Virus record (IMG/VR): IMGVR_UViG_3300050821_002228
Source: a virus
Direction: 5' to 3' (one strand)
DNA length: 64,000 nucleotides
Position numbers and translations under genes: made by a program. Position 1 is the first letter of the stretch. Each line of letters begins with the position of its first letter. This document shows positions 25,296-34,536 of this stretch, in pieces. The notes beneath the pieces are model-generated. The model saw only the letters and a program-made list of their open reading frames with translations, ran no database searches and had not been told where the DNA came from.

Positions 25296-26315
25296 TCAGC
25301 TCCCGGTTGCCCCTTCCGTAGGGGGCTGGTTGCACTCGCAGTAGCCGCTACCGGGCAGCGCCGGGTTACGGCAGCCGATCGTCATGCACATGCCCAGCGG
25401 TTCCTTCAGCGCGTTGTATTCGCGGCGGAACCGCAGCTCCACGGCGAACAGGGCGTCTGACGCCTTGCTGTGGCGCATGTTTTCCATCGCGGCCCGCAGG
25501 TCCCGCTCGACGTCGTCCAGGGTTCGCGGGGTCGGGTTCTCCTCGCGGCACAGAACGCACGTCGGGATGTCCCTGCCGTGGGGTGCGCGGTGCATCCGGA
25601 CCTCGCGGGTGCTGCCGCACACGGCGCATTCCATTTGGGTTATGGCGGTTTCGGCGAGGCCGATCAGCGCCTCCAGCGTCTTCGCGTCCACCATGACGGT
25701 GACGTTCGACACCATGCTGATCAGGTTGTTAACGCCGAGGGCCCCGAGCCGGTCTGTGAACCCGTCGGTGATCTCGCGGCGGTTCGCGGACGATTCAGCG
25801 TCCCGCACGTCAGCCTGCTTCTGGGCGGCGATGTTGTGGATGCCGAGCTGGTTGATGGCGTTGGTGAGACGCGCCGACGCCACCTCGGCGGACATGCCCA
25901 CCGGTTCGGACAGGACCATCACGCCGTCGTCGTAGGGGCTGCCGATGGCGACGAACGGGATCGGGTGGTTGTGGCGCGCCGGGTCGGCGGGGATGGTGTC
26001 GGCGGATTCGGCCATCTCCTTCAACAGCCGCATGGCCTCGGCCGGGAGGGTGATCGTGCGTCCGATCTCCAGGCTCAGCCCGGCGATGTCGATCTCGATC
26101 GGGAGTTTCGCTTCGCTGGCCCGTTTGAAGTAGGACAGGACGCGGACCCACTGCTCCAGGTCTTCGGCGGCGTGGTGGTTGCGGTCGTCGTGGATGTCGG
26201 CGCTGGCCCGCAGCGATGCGGCGTAGTCGGTCATGACGGTGGACGCGTCGGCGATGACGTCTCTCCACTTGTCGTGGGTGCGGGTCTCGCCGTCGTCTTT
26301 CAGGTAGTACTTCAT
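25296..26315 (-). CDS. Hypothetical protein (339 aa) with C-terminal Zn-finger motifs
   Basis: CCGGAGG RBS and its own promoter; CAVC, CVLC and CxxxGC motifs. Confidence 0.6.
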   Translation of the reverse strand: MKYYLKDDGETRTHDKWRDVIADASTVMTDYAASLRASADIHDDRNHHAAEDLEQWVRVLSYFKRASEAKLPIEIDIAGLSLEIGRTITLPAEAMRLLKEMAESADTIPADPARHNHPIPFVAIGSPYDDGVMVLSEPVGMSAEVASARLTNAINQLGIHNIAAQKQADVRDAESSANRREITDGFTDRLGALGVNNLISMVSNVTVMVDAKTLEALIGLAETAITQMECAVCGSTREVRMHRAPHGRDIPTCVLCREENPTPRTLDDVERDLRAAMENMRHSKASDALFAVELRFRREYNALKEPLGMCMTIGCRNPALPGSGYCECNQPPTEGATGS

Positions 26316-26347
26316 AGTCCCTCCGGATCGGTTGATGTCGCACTGAC

Positions 26348-26377
26348 ATCGTAATGCCCAGACCTAGACGTTGTAAA
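26348..26377 (-). promoter_or_regulatory. Sigma70/HrdB-type promoter, copy 3
   Basis: TTTACA-18 nt-TACGAT; the spacer CGTCTAGGTCTGGG matches copies 1 and 2. Confidence 0.75.
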
Positions 26378-26655
26378 CCCCCCGGAGCGAGTCCGAGGGG
26401 CTTCCCACCAGCGTAAACCCGTTTACCGGAACATTACCGGCAGAACCGGGTTCCGCTGCGACGTCGCATGCCCCGTCGGATGCCACGACAGCATCCCCGG
26501 ATACATCTCCGACGCGCCCAGCTCCAACGGCACCGGCTGATGCTGCGGATGCCACGACGCCGTGTCGTCAGCGACGTCCGGCAGATCATGCGGCCCCGGC
26601 GGCGCACCGGGACGGCGCGACGGCGGCGGTGGAACGGGATACGGCAACGGCACGA

Positions 26656-26901
26656 TCATTCCTCCTTGATCTCGACCCCGTTCTGACGGTCTTCCCGCCG
26701 GTGGCGAACCCCATTCACGATCCCCGTAGCCAGTGACGTCGCGAAGAAGGCCCCGGCGCAGATAATGAGCACCACGGCAGTCCGCCACTCGCCCGGGTCC
26801 ACCTGGTTGTAATGCATGTACGCCGGTACGCCGACGGTCACCATCGCGGCTAGGGAACACAACCCGGCGGCGACTGCCGACCAGCACTCCAACCGGTCCA
26901 C
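26656..26901 (-). CDS. Two-TM membrane protein
   Basis: Two hydrophobic stretches; GGGAGG RBS. Confidence 0.55.
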   Translation of the reverse strand: MDRLECWSAVAAGLCSLAAMVTVGVPAYMHYNQVDPGEWRTAVVLIICAGAFFATSLATGIVNGVRHRREDRQNGVEIKEE

Positions 26902-26904
26902 AAG

Positions 26905-27441
26905 TTACCTCCCGGTAGCAAGCATGGGGATACGCGCCCGGATCCACACCCGCACCCGGCGCTTCGGACGCGGCCTGGTAGCCCGCCAATGCGCATAGAA
27001 CACGAACGTGATCGCGGCGGCGGCGAAGATCAGCGCCCAGCCGAGGAACGGCGGGATCCCATGGGACTGCTGGTACGCGCCAGACCCCAGTGACCCGATA
27101 GTGGCCAGCTCCAACACTGAGGCGGCGCAAATGACCACGTCGCATGCGGCGGCGATGGTTGCCCACCGGTGATCCACCACAACCTCGGTTTCGGCCGACC
27201 CGTCGGCCCCGGCGGTTTGGTGTGCCACCCGGCCGTGGGTGCCCGTGCCCATGCGGGACGTCAACAGCGCGGTGGCGACGATCATGGAGAACACGAAACA
27301 GACCGCCTCCATGATCGGGTTCTCGATGAACGTGGCCACGATCAGCACCAGACCGACCCACCCGATCCACCGGTGCGCCGGACGACACCAGCGGTGCGGG
27401 CACTGACGCGACGGCACAAACGGCTTCCTGGTATGTGTCAT
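26905..27441 (-). CDS. Multi-TM membrane protein
   Basis: Four hydrophobic stretches from MTHTRKPF. Confidence 0.55.
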   Translation of the reverse strand: MTHTRKPFVPSRQCPHRWCRPAHRWIGWVGLVLIVATFIENPIMEAVCFVFSMIVATALLTSRMGTGTHGRVAHQTAGADGSAETEVVVDHRWATIAAACDVVICAASVLELATIGSLGSGAYQQSHGIPPFLGWALIFAAAAITFVFYAHWRATRPRPKRRVRVWIRARIPMLATGR

Positions 27442-27803
27442 GACACGTACCTCGAAACCAGCCACCAACCCGGCTGGTTCTCGCCCGTCGGCGGTTCCAC
27501 GCAGTTGTCGGCAAGGAACGTGTCGAGCATCGCGGCCCACCACCGCCGGTTAGCCGCGTCGCTGGTGAAGACGTGACCGACGTCAACCGGTTTCGGGTTG
27601 AACTGTCCGGCGGTGGTGTCGGTGCCGATGATGTACACGAACGTGGCCTCGTGGCCGTCCACGCCGTACCAGCCGACCTCGCATTGGTTGTTGGCCTCGC
27701 GGACCAACGCCGACAGGTCATTGTTTTCGTGGTATTCGTCGAACGGGATTTCCTCCCGCCAGCAGTACCCGTAGAACAGGGTGCCGTCCACCGGCTCACC
27801 CAT
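27438..27803 (-). CDS. Hypothetical protein
   Basis: GGAGG RBS; ends GWWLVSRYVS. Confidence 0.6.
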   Translation of the reverse strand: MGEPVDGTLFYGYCWREEIPFDEYHENNDLSALVREANNQCEVGWYGVDGHEATFVYIIGTDTTAGQFNPKPVDVGHVFTSDAANRRWWAAMLDTFLADNCVEPPTGENQPGWWLVSRYVS

Positions 27804-27825
27804 TACGCATCCTCCCTAGTGTTGG

Positions 27826-28065
27826 TCACGCGTTCAGCACTTCCTCGGTGGTCATGGTCGTGACCTTCTTGACGCGCCACTGCTTGTCGGGGTGTCGGAT
27901 GCGGAGGGTCCGTAGCCGGTCCAACGCGGCGTCCTCGTCGTGGCGCATTTCGGAGATGGACCAGAACGGTCGATGCAGCGTCGCCATGTATTCCTCGATG
28001 TGCCACATGACGGACATGTGGGCGCCGCCGCCCGGGTCGGCGGCGCCAATCGCGGTCTTGGTCAT
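27826..28065 (-). CDS. Hypothetical protein
   Basis: Overlap-coupled small ORF. Confidence 0.45.
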   Translation of the reverse strand: MTKTAIGAADPGGGAHMSVMWHIEEYMATLHRPFWSISEMRHDEDAALDRLRTLRIRHPDKQWRVKKVTTMTTEEVLNA

Positions 28066-28325
28066 GACCGGAACAACTCCGGGAAATCAGCCGACCGGGA
28101 CCCGGCGGCCAGCACCATCCACGCCACGTACTCGTCACCCTTCAGCGTGTACAGGGTGATGTCCTCGGAGAACACCCCTTGCCGGTCGCTGCGCAGGTGC
28201 AGGGCGTTGATGATGTCGCCGACGCGGTCGTGGGTCTTGAACACCTTGCCCCGGCGGGACGGCACGTATGAGGCGTATTGGGGCCGGGGTGGCGCGGGCA
28301 TCCGGTAGGGGGCGGTTGGCATCAT
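28062..28325 (-). CDS. Hypothetical protein
   Basis: Overlap-coupled small ORF; GGAGG RBS. Confidence 0.5.
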   Translation of the reverse strand: MMPTAPYRMPAPPRPQYASYVPSRRGKVFKTHDRVGDIINALHLRSDRQGVFSEDITLYTLKGDEYVAWMVLAAGSRSADFPELFRS

Positions 28326-28804
28326 GCCTCCGGGTTGTAGTCGTACACGAACGTGATGACGGCGCGGCGGACCAGCGCGTCATAGACGAGCTTTTCCACG
28401 TACATCCAGTCGCCACCGGCGAGGCCGCAGCCGATGCGGGGCATGTGGATGGCGTACCCACCGGCTTGAGCGAATTTCCCCAGTTTGTTCAGGCATTCGC
28501 CCAACGCCGCATAGTTCAGAGGGCGCCGGTTGTCCCGGCCGATCAGCCCGTCTTGGGCGATCATGTTGGCGACGTACACGCCGGGGTCAACCGGCGTGAT
28601 CTGGATGTTGCCCAACTCCAAATCAGCCGGTTTCAACGTCCGGTACACCGTCTCCGCCCACGGGTACCGGGTGGACAGGGACCGGGTAAACCCGGCGCCC
28701 CACGCGCCCCGGTCGTTGCAGACATGCGCGATGATGTGGCCGCCACCCAACGTAGGGTCGCCGCTGCACGTGGTGGCGTCCCCGAACACGTACCTGATGT
28801 CCAC
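28322..28804 (-). CDS. Macrodomain ADP-ribose hydrolase (Poa1p/TARG-like class)
   Basis: GDAT, IIAHVCNDRGAWGAGF and IHMPRIGCGLAGGDW motifs; GTG start at 28804. Confidence 0.88.
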   Translation of the reverse strand: MDIRYVFGDATTCSGDPTLGGGHIIAHVCNDRGAWGAGFTRSLSTRYPWAETVYRTLKPADLELGNIQITPVDPGVYVANMIAQDGLIGRDNRRPLNYAALGECLNKLGKFAQAGGYAIHMPRIGCGLAGGDWMYVEKLVYDALVRRAVITFVYDYNPEA

Positions 28805-29019
28805 TAGTCGTCTGCCCCTCCGTGGTCGTCTTCCAAATGCCAGTTCCACAGCATGTGCCAGGCGTCACGGCGCCGCTTGAACACCTTCCGCCACCCGCAC
28901 TCACACCCGGCGATCCAGCGGTGACGACGCAGACACCAGCCGTTGCCGCACTCCTGCTTCAGGTCGGACAGGTGAACGCGGGTGACGTCGATGAACGGCC
29001 GGGGCTTAAAAGTCGCCAT
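28804..29019 (-). CDS. Small Cys-rich protein
   Basis: CGNGWC and CECGW motifs. Confidence 0.45.
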   Translation of the reverse strand: MATFKPRPFIDVTRVHLSDLKQECGNGWCLRRHRWIAGCECGWRKVFKRRRDAWHMLWNWHLEDDHGGADD

Positions 29020-29926
29020 AGTTCACCTGCCAGCACTCCAGACCCATCCGCCGCCACAGGGCCACAACCCGGTCCCGGTCGTCCAGCACGAACCGGACGT
29101 CGTACAGGTCGCGAACGTGGGCGTCGAACAGTTCGGCCTTCACGATGTCGTCGCCGCGCCGGTCGCCCTCGGCCCGCATCCACAGCTCGTCGTACACGAT
29201 GCCGTTATCGTCCAACCACCGCTCGGTGTGGGCCCGGTATTCGGACTGACGGCCGGACAGGAGGATGATGCGGTCCCGGATCCCGCCCCAGCCGCCGCTG
29301 TTGCGGCACAGGTCGAGGATCCGCCGAACCTCCGGGTTCACCAGGTCGGTTCCGACCTGTTCGAAGTCGTAGGGGCCGCGTCCGTTGTGGATCGCCAACG
29401 TTCCGTCGATGTCGCAGATGACCGCCGGGGGCAACGCGTCGTTGCGGCGGTACGGCTCCGGCGCCACCATATCGTTCATGGGGTGGCTGGCCAGTCGCCA
29501 CTTGCTGCGACGCATCCGCTCGTGCATGTCCTTGATGACCGCCGGGCCCACGGACCGTTCCCGTGCCTGGTCGCGGTCAATGCAGGTGTCCACGGGCACG
29601 TGGGTGAAGTCGTGGATGTGGAACGTTGCCCGGCCGCCGACGAGCCGCTTGTACCGGTTCGGCAGGCGCGCGACAAGGTGGGTGTTGTCAACGATGATGT
29701 CGAATCCGTCGTTGATGGCGCCGAGGATCGCGGCGTCCTGCACCTTCAGCACAGTGTCCTCGTTGGCGCCGGGGAACCGGCGGGACCCGTCGTTCAGGTC
29801 CATCATCATGCGGATGTCGTCGAGGTTGACGCGGCGGACACGGCCGTTGGATTCGGCAACGAGCTTGTTGGCGTAGGTGGTTTTCCCGGATGCGGGCAAA
29901 CCGGTGGTCAAATGGATGGTGGACAC
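29006..29926 (-). CDS. pnk: Polynucleotide 5'-kinase/3'-phosphatase (T4 PseT-like)
   Basis: TGLPASGKTT P-loop; RVNLDDIR; HAD motif CDIDGTLA; LSGR; VLDDRDRVV. Confidence 0.92.
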   Translation of the reverse strand: MSTIHLTTGLPASGKTTYANKLVAESNGRVRRVNLDDIRMMMDLNDGSRRFPGANEDTVLKVQDAAILGAINDGFDIIVDNTHLVARLPNRYKRLVGGRATFHIHDFTHVPVDTCIDRDQARERSVGPAVIKDMHERMRRSKWRLASHPMNDMVAPEPYRRNDALPPAVICDIDGTLAIHNGRGPYDFEQVGTDLVNPEVRRILDLCRNSGGWGGIRDRIILLSGRQSEYRAHTERWLDDNGIVYDELWMRAEGDRRGDDIVKAELFDAHVRDLYDVRFVLDDRDRVVALWRRMGLECWQVNYGDF

Positions 29927-29941
29927 GGTTTCCTCCGTTGT

Positions 29942-30451
29942 CTAGACCTTCTGCGGAATAACGGGATCGGGTGACGGTTCCCGCAGCCCCCGGCCGTCGT
30001 CGCCGTTGCACCAGGGGCACCACGGTTCCAACAGGTTGTGGACGCGCAGGGCCCACAGGAAGAACAGGAGCCCGGGTTGGAACACGGCCCACGCGATGGC
30101 GTAGGGCCACACACGCGGCAGCAGGTTCGGGACCGTCAACATCGCGACCAGGTAGACGAGCGCCCATGGGCTGATGCACCTGTGGAAGAACTTCAGCGTC
30201 CGGCTCTTACGCCGGGCTGCCCCCACGCCGTCGGCGGGTGTGGCGGCGGCGCAGTATTCGCAGAACCGCTTGCCGTGGTACAGGTTCAGGCACACCAGCG
30301 CGATCAGCGGCAGCACCGTGACCGTGTTGACGAGGCGTCCCCACCAGTTGTCAGGCAGCAGGATGGTGGGGGCGGTGAGGATGACGGCGGCGATGAGGAG
30401 CGGACCGGCGCGGTGGGTCCACTTTTCCACGTCGATATCTGGGGCGTTCAC
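29942..30451 (-). CDS. Four-TM membrane protein with CxxC motifs
   Basis: Hydrophobic helices; FCEYC and WCPWC. Confidence 0.6.
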   Translation of the reverse strand: MNAPDIDVEKWTHRAGPLLIAAVILTAPTILLPDNWWGRLVNTVTVLPLIALVCLNLYHGKRFCEYCAAATPADGVGAARRKSRTLKFFHRCISPWALVYLVAMLTVPNLLPRVWPYAIAWAVFQPGLLFFLWALRVHNLLEPWCPWCNGDDGRGLREPSPDPVIPQKV

Positions 30452-30454
30452 GGG

Positions 30455-31150
30455 CTAGTCCTCGGTGTCGTAGGTGTAGTGGTGGTTGCGGACGCGTAGG
30501 AGCCATTGTTCGGCGGTGTCGCGGTCGGGGTGGTCGGGCAGGGGTGTCCCATCCCCATCCATGATCATTTCGACGCCGTGGATGTAGTCGTGGCCCTGGA
30601 GCGGGTGGGCGAGTATCCAGTCGGCGAGGTCCCGGACCATGTCGGGGTCCTTCAGCCGGACCGTCAGTTGCCCGGTGGTGTACAGCTCCCGGCCCTGTTC
30701 GAGGAGCCGGATGATGTGCCGGGCGTGTTTGGCCGCGCGGCGTTCCGGGATGTCGGCGGCGAACGACCCGTTGCCGCGTGCGATCAGTTTCCCGAGCTGC
30801 TGCCGGGCGTACCCGATATAGGCGTCACGGACCTGACGGCCGCACAGGAACGCGTCCCGGATCCCGACGAGTTCGGCGCCGAGTTGGGTGATGAAGTCGT
30901 ACTGGTCGAGCCACAGCAGCTCGTTCACCGACGGGTTGCCGTTCAGGGCCAGCCGCACAAACTTCCCGGCCTCATGCATGGTGCTGTCGGGGTCGTGGGT
31001 GACCATCGACTCTTGGGGTTTCGTCAGCCCGTGGAACGCGATGGTGGGGGCTGCGAACACGCCCAGCGTGTCCACGTCGGACTCGGGGGTGTCGAGGCCG
31101 TAGGCGGTTGATCCGACAATGCCCTTCAACAGGGTGTTGACGGCGGTCAC
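30455..31150 (-). CDS. Pol-beta-superfamily nucleotidyltransferase (RlaP/Nuc-transf-like)
   Basis: GSTAYGLDTPESDVD (GS..DxD), KFVRLALNGNPSVNELLW, KHARHIIRLL; GGAGG RBS. Confidence 0.85.
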   Translation of the reverse strand: MTAVNTLLKGIVGSTAYGLDTPESDVDTLGVFAAPTIAFHGLTKPQESMVTHDPDSTMHEAGKFVRLALNGNPSVNELLWLDQYDFITQLGAELVGIRDAFLCGRQVRDAYIGYARQQLGKLIARGNGSFAADIPERRAAKHARHIIRLLEQGRELYTTGQLTVRLKDPDMVRDLADWILAHPLQGHDYIHGVEMIMDGDGTPLPDHPDRDTAEQWLLRVRNHHYTYDTED

Positions 31151-32406
31151 TACGCCTCCTCGTTGGTATCGGCGCGGAACGGGTCGGTGGCGGCGGGACG
31201 CAGGGACTTCCACACGTGCGGCCCGATGTCCCGATGGTCGTATTTGATGAACATCCCGGAACGGATCACCGGGTCCGTCGCCAGCTCCATCACATGCCGG
31301 GCGAACGTCTTCCGGCGCTCCGGCCCGTACTGGCGGCCCATCTCGTCCTCGGTCTTGGTCCGGGCGACGGCGACCAGGTCCGTGATCTGCTGCGTGATCG
31401 CGTAGAACTGCCGGTCCAGATCGGCCATGACGCCGCGAACCCACTGATCGAACTCGTCCGGGACGTCGTCGATCAGGGCGCCGATAGCGCCGCCGGGGAT
31501 CGCGGACATGCGGATGGCCTCGGAGAACGTGACACCGATGGTTTTCGACAGCTCGTGGGCGTCGATGGTGGCGAACCGGTCGGCGCCGTACGCCTGCCAG
31601 ACGTCGCGGGCGTTGATGCCTGTCAACACCTTGTGGAGACGCACATACTCCGCGAACTTGATCTTGGCGCGGATGCCGGACTGGTTGAACCGGATCACCC
31701 AGCCCTCGCTGTCCGACCCGCCGACCGGCTCACCGTTCAGGTCCTTGTTCCCGTCGGCCAACGCCATCAGCAGCGACATCGGGAACTTGTCGAACGCCAC
31801 CCACTGCCGCACCGGGTACCCGATCGGTTCCCAACCGTCCGCGACCTCATGCAACGGGATCTCCTGACCGTTGACCCCGTACGCGCCGATCAGGCACAGC
31901 CCGGTCAGGTTGTCGTCGTAGCGGACCACGATCCGGTTCTCGGGATAGATGATCTCGCACAGGTACGTGATCCCCGCCTCCAGCCGGGACGTGTCGCAGC
32001 CGTCCAACCGGCGCTGCGCCCACTGTGCCTGCTCAGACGTGAACGATCCCTTCGACGCCACGTGCCATTTGCCCTGGTACCAGAACATGATGCCCAACGA
32101 CCCGTCCACCTTCTCGAAGATCGAGAAGTCTTCCTTCGGCAGCGGCGGCGCGTAGTCCTGACCGCTGTCGTGCTCGGAGACGTTGAAGAACTTCGGGAAC
32201 GGCCACGCCACGACCGTCCCGGCGTCGTCGGCGATCAGGCCCCGGCAGCGCGTGGTGACGTTGTTCCAGTGCCGGTCATACTGGCAGTGCCGGGTGTACG
32301 TGTAGATGGTCAGGGGTTCGGTGGGGTGACGGCGCGTCTGGACGTATCCGGCGTCGATCTCCTCCGCGAGGGTGCCGGGCGCGAACAGGTCGGCGAGGCT
32401 GGTCAC
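31150..32406 (-). CDS. ATP-dependent RNA ligase (T4 Rnl1-like, 418 aa)
   Basis: CRGLI, PFPKFFN, motif I EKVDGSLG, TYLCEII, EGWV and KIKFAEY. Confidence 0.92.
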   Translation of the reverse strand: MTSLADLFAPGTLAEEIDAGYVQTRRHPTEPLTIYTYTRHCQYDRHWNNVTTRCRGLIADDAGTVVAWPFPKFFNVSEHDSGQDYAPPLPKEDFSIFEKVDGSLGIMFWYQGKWHVASKGSFTSEQAQWAQRRLDGCDTSRLEAGITYLCEIIYPENRIVVRYDDNLTGLCLIGAYGVNGQEIPLHEVADGWEPIGYPVRQWVAFDKFPMSLLMALADGNKDLNGEPVGGSDSEGWVIRFNQSGIRAKIKFAEYVRLHKVLTGINARDVWQAYGADRFATIDAHELSKTIGVTFSEAIRMSAIPGGAIGALIDDVPDEFDQWVRGVMADLDRQFYAITQQITDLVAVARTKTEDEMGRQYGPERRKTFARHVMELATDPVIRSGMFIKYDHRDIGPHVWKSLRPAATDPFRADTNEEA

Positions 32407-32816
32407 TGCTTCTCCTTTTGCACGGCCGTGGCCGCGTCGTATGCGTTCTTGAAAAACAGGTTGTTTTTCAGGTCGGGGCGGCTGGCGAGGAACGCGTGGA
32501 ACACGTAGGCGTCGTTCTGGAACATGCGTCCGATGTTGCTGGGTGTCAGCCACCGGCACACGTCGGCGTCGGTGAGGTTCCAGGTGACGGGGTCGGTGAC
32601 GCGGGTTCCGGAGTTGGGGCGGGCGGTGAGCATGCCCTTCCCCTCCATCAGCCGCAGTGCCTCCCGGAACGCGGTCCGGGACACGCCCAGTTCCGTCCGC
32701 AGCTTGTCCGGGTCGATCCGTTCCCCCGGCGTGTATTTGCCGTTGGCGATCCACTGGCCGATCCATTCGGCGCATTGCCACGTGCGTGTGGTGATGCGTG
32801 GCGTGTATTCGGTCAC
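32403..32816 (-). CDS. GntR-family HTH regulator (short)
   Basis: IANGKYTPGERI...LGVSRTAFREALRLMEGKGML..RPNSGTRV. Confidence 0.85.
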   Translation of the reverse strand: MTEYTPRITTRTWQCAEWIGQWIANGKYTPGERIDPDKLRTELGVSRTAFREALRLMEGKGMLTARPNSGTRVTDPVTWNLTDADVCRWLTPSNIGRMFQNDAYVFHAFLASRPDLKNNLFFKNAYDAATAVQKEKQ

Positions 32817-33958
32817 TCCTTGATCCTTTTCGTCAGCTTCGGGTCTGGTTCGAACGGCGGCAGCTTGATCTGTTGGGGCTGGGCGAAGTAGTCGGTGATC
32901 AACTGGCAGGCGACGCAGCGGCCCTCGAACAGTTCGAAGTGGTCGGGGTAGTGGGTGTAGCCGAGGACGTGGGGATGCGGCATGCCCCGGAATTCCAGGT
33001 GCCCATCTAGCCCCATGACGGGTGTGTGGTGCGGCGTGGCGGGGAGGATGATCGGCGGTTTCGCTTTGATCTCCTCGGCGTAGTCGTTGACCATGCTGCA
33101 CACGGCGCACCTACAGTCGGCGCTGTCGGTGTGGTCGGGGTAGGGGTACCACGCCTCGATCTTGATGTTGTTGCGGGCGTACCGGGCGTTCAACTCGTCG
33201 TACGCGGCCTGAATCTCAGCGTCGCTGTAGTCGCCGCCGTACGTCAGGTGCCCATCCACCGCGAACGGCTTCTGACGGCGGCTACGGGCGCAGTACAGGC
33301 CCCCGCCGCACATGCAGTTACGGTGATGGTCCCCGATGGCTGTGCGGGCGTCACGGACGCTGTTGCAGGCCGTGCAGCCGCAGTCGGTGGGGTGGCCGTT
33401 GGTGCACGACCGCAGGAACGACCAGCGGGCCACGCAGTCCGGGCACTTGCACGTGAACACGTAGCCCTGTTTGGTAGGGGCGGCTAGCGCGTTGCTTATG
33501 TCGCGCATCGCCGCATAGGCCTCCTGCGTGGTGATGCCGGTGTACGGCACGCTGACCCGGTTGGTTGCGGGTGGGGGTGCTGGGGGTTTCCAGTCGCCGA
33601 GCCATTCGACGCATTCGGGGTGGTTGGCGGTGCCCAATGATGCTTCCCGCTCGGGGTCGATGATCCCGCATACGAAACACTGACCCGGCTTCGGCGGGTA
33701 CGCGATCGGCTGGCGGCGGGGCGGTTCGATGGCGGCCGGTTGCGCGGTCCACGGGATGGGGACGGTGATCTCCTTGTGGGGGAACGCCATCCGGTAGATG
33801 TTGATCATGACGTACGCGGTGGCGGTGAGGCTACCGGCGATGAACACGGGGTTGCCGGATTCGATTGCGCACCCCGTGGTGATGATGGCCCCGGGCATGA
33901 ACGGCGCAACCGCGTTGGGGAACGTGGGGATCGGGATCCAGCGGATGCTCGGGCGCAT
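32813..33958 (-). CDS. Membrane-anchored Cys-rich protein
   Basis: N-terminal hydrophobic segments; repeated CxCxxC motifs; GAGGAGG RBS. Confidence 0.55.
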   Translation of the reverse strand: MRPSIRWIPIPTFPNAVAPFMPGAIITTGCAIESGNPVFIAGSLTATAYVMINIYRMAFPHKEITVPIPWTAQPAAIEPPRRQPIAYPPKPGQCFVCGIIDPEREASLGTANHPECVEWLGDWKPPAPPPATNRVSVPYTGITTQEAYAAMRDISNALAAPTKQGYVFTCKCPDCVARWSFLRSCTNGHPTDCGCTACNSVRDARTAIGDHHRNCMCGGGLYCARSRRQKPFAVDGHLTYGGDYSDAEIQAAYDELNARYARNNIKIEAWYPYPDHTDSADCRCAVCSMVNDYAEEIKAKPPIILPATPHHTPVMGLDGHLEFRGMPHPHVLGYTHYPDHFELFEGRCVACQLITDYFAQPQQIKLPPFEPDPKLTKRIKE

Positions 33959-34191
33959 CAGATTTCCTCCTCGAATCCGTATGCGCCGCATTCGGTCATT
34001 GACCAGTGGACGACGCAGACGTTGTCGGGCTCGTCGAATCCGTAGCGGTCCTCGATCTTTTTGCGGGCCCACCCGAACCAGTAGTCGGCGCCGTGGGTGA
34101 ACGTGACGTCCACCGTTTCGACCACGCTCTTCTTGCGCTTGACGTCCCGCCGGTCGTTAAATTCTAGGGTTAGGACGAGTAGGTTTTTCAT
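33958..34191 (-). CDS. Hypothetical protein
   Basis: Overlap-coupled small ORF. Confidence 0.45.
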   Translation of the reverse strand: MKNLLVLTLEFNDRRDVKRKKSVVETVDVTFTHGADYWFGWARKKIEDRYGFDEPDNVCVVHWSMTECGAYGFEEEI

Positions 34192-34487
34192 GCCGCGTCC
34201 CCGTGGAAGCAGGGGAAACACCACGCGTCGTAGCCGCCGGTCATCTGGTTGTACATGTTTCGGGTGTCGATGGTGGTTCCGCAGTTGATGCAGGCGTGGT
34301 CGAGGACGTGCCGCCACTGGGGCGGGAACGAATCGGGGTGGCCGTAGACGCGGCTGTCGGGTTGGGCGGTGACGCGGATTCCCCACACGTTGGCGAGGGG
34401 TCCGCTTTCCCGGACGGTGGCGGGGGTGACGGTGATCTCAGATTTGGCTAGCCGTGCGGCGTACCACTGTGCGGTTTCGTGATCCAT
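34188..34487 (-). CDS. Zn-finger hypothetical protein; first gene of the minus-strand cassette
   Basis: CCGGAGG RBS; CINC and CFPC motifs. Confidence 0.5.
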   Translation of the reverse strand: MDHETAQWYAARLAKSEITVTPATVRESGPLANVWGIRVTAQPDSRVYGHPDSFPPQWRHVLDHACINCGTTIDTRNMYNQMTGGYDAWCFPCFHGDAA

Positions 34488-34525
34488 GGGGCGTCCTCCG
34501 GTGCGCCGTGGGTCCGTGATTTCCA

Positions 34526-34536
34526 TACGATACCAC
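34526..34536. promoter_or_regulatory. TACGATACCAC motif (extended -10 GTGGTATCGT on minus; TACGAT on plus)
   Basis: Same motif at 59028-59038 and 63776-63786, each just upstream of a minus-strand RBS. Confidence 0.6.

Noticed and set aside
26423-27799. 458-aa minus-strand ORF
   Set aside because: An off-frame read through three shorter RBS-bearing genes. At most the last ~78 codons (from 26659) may be real.
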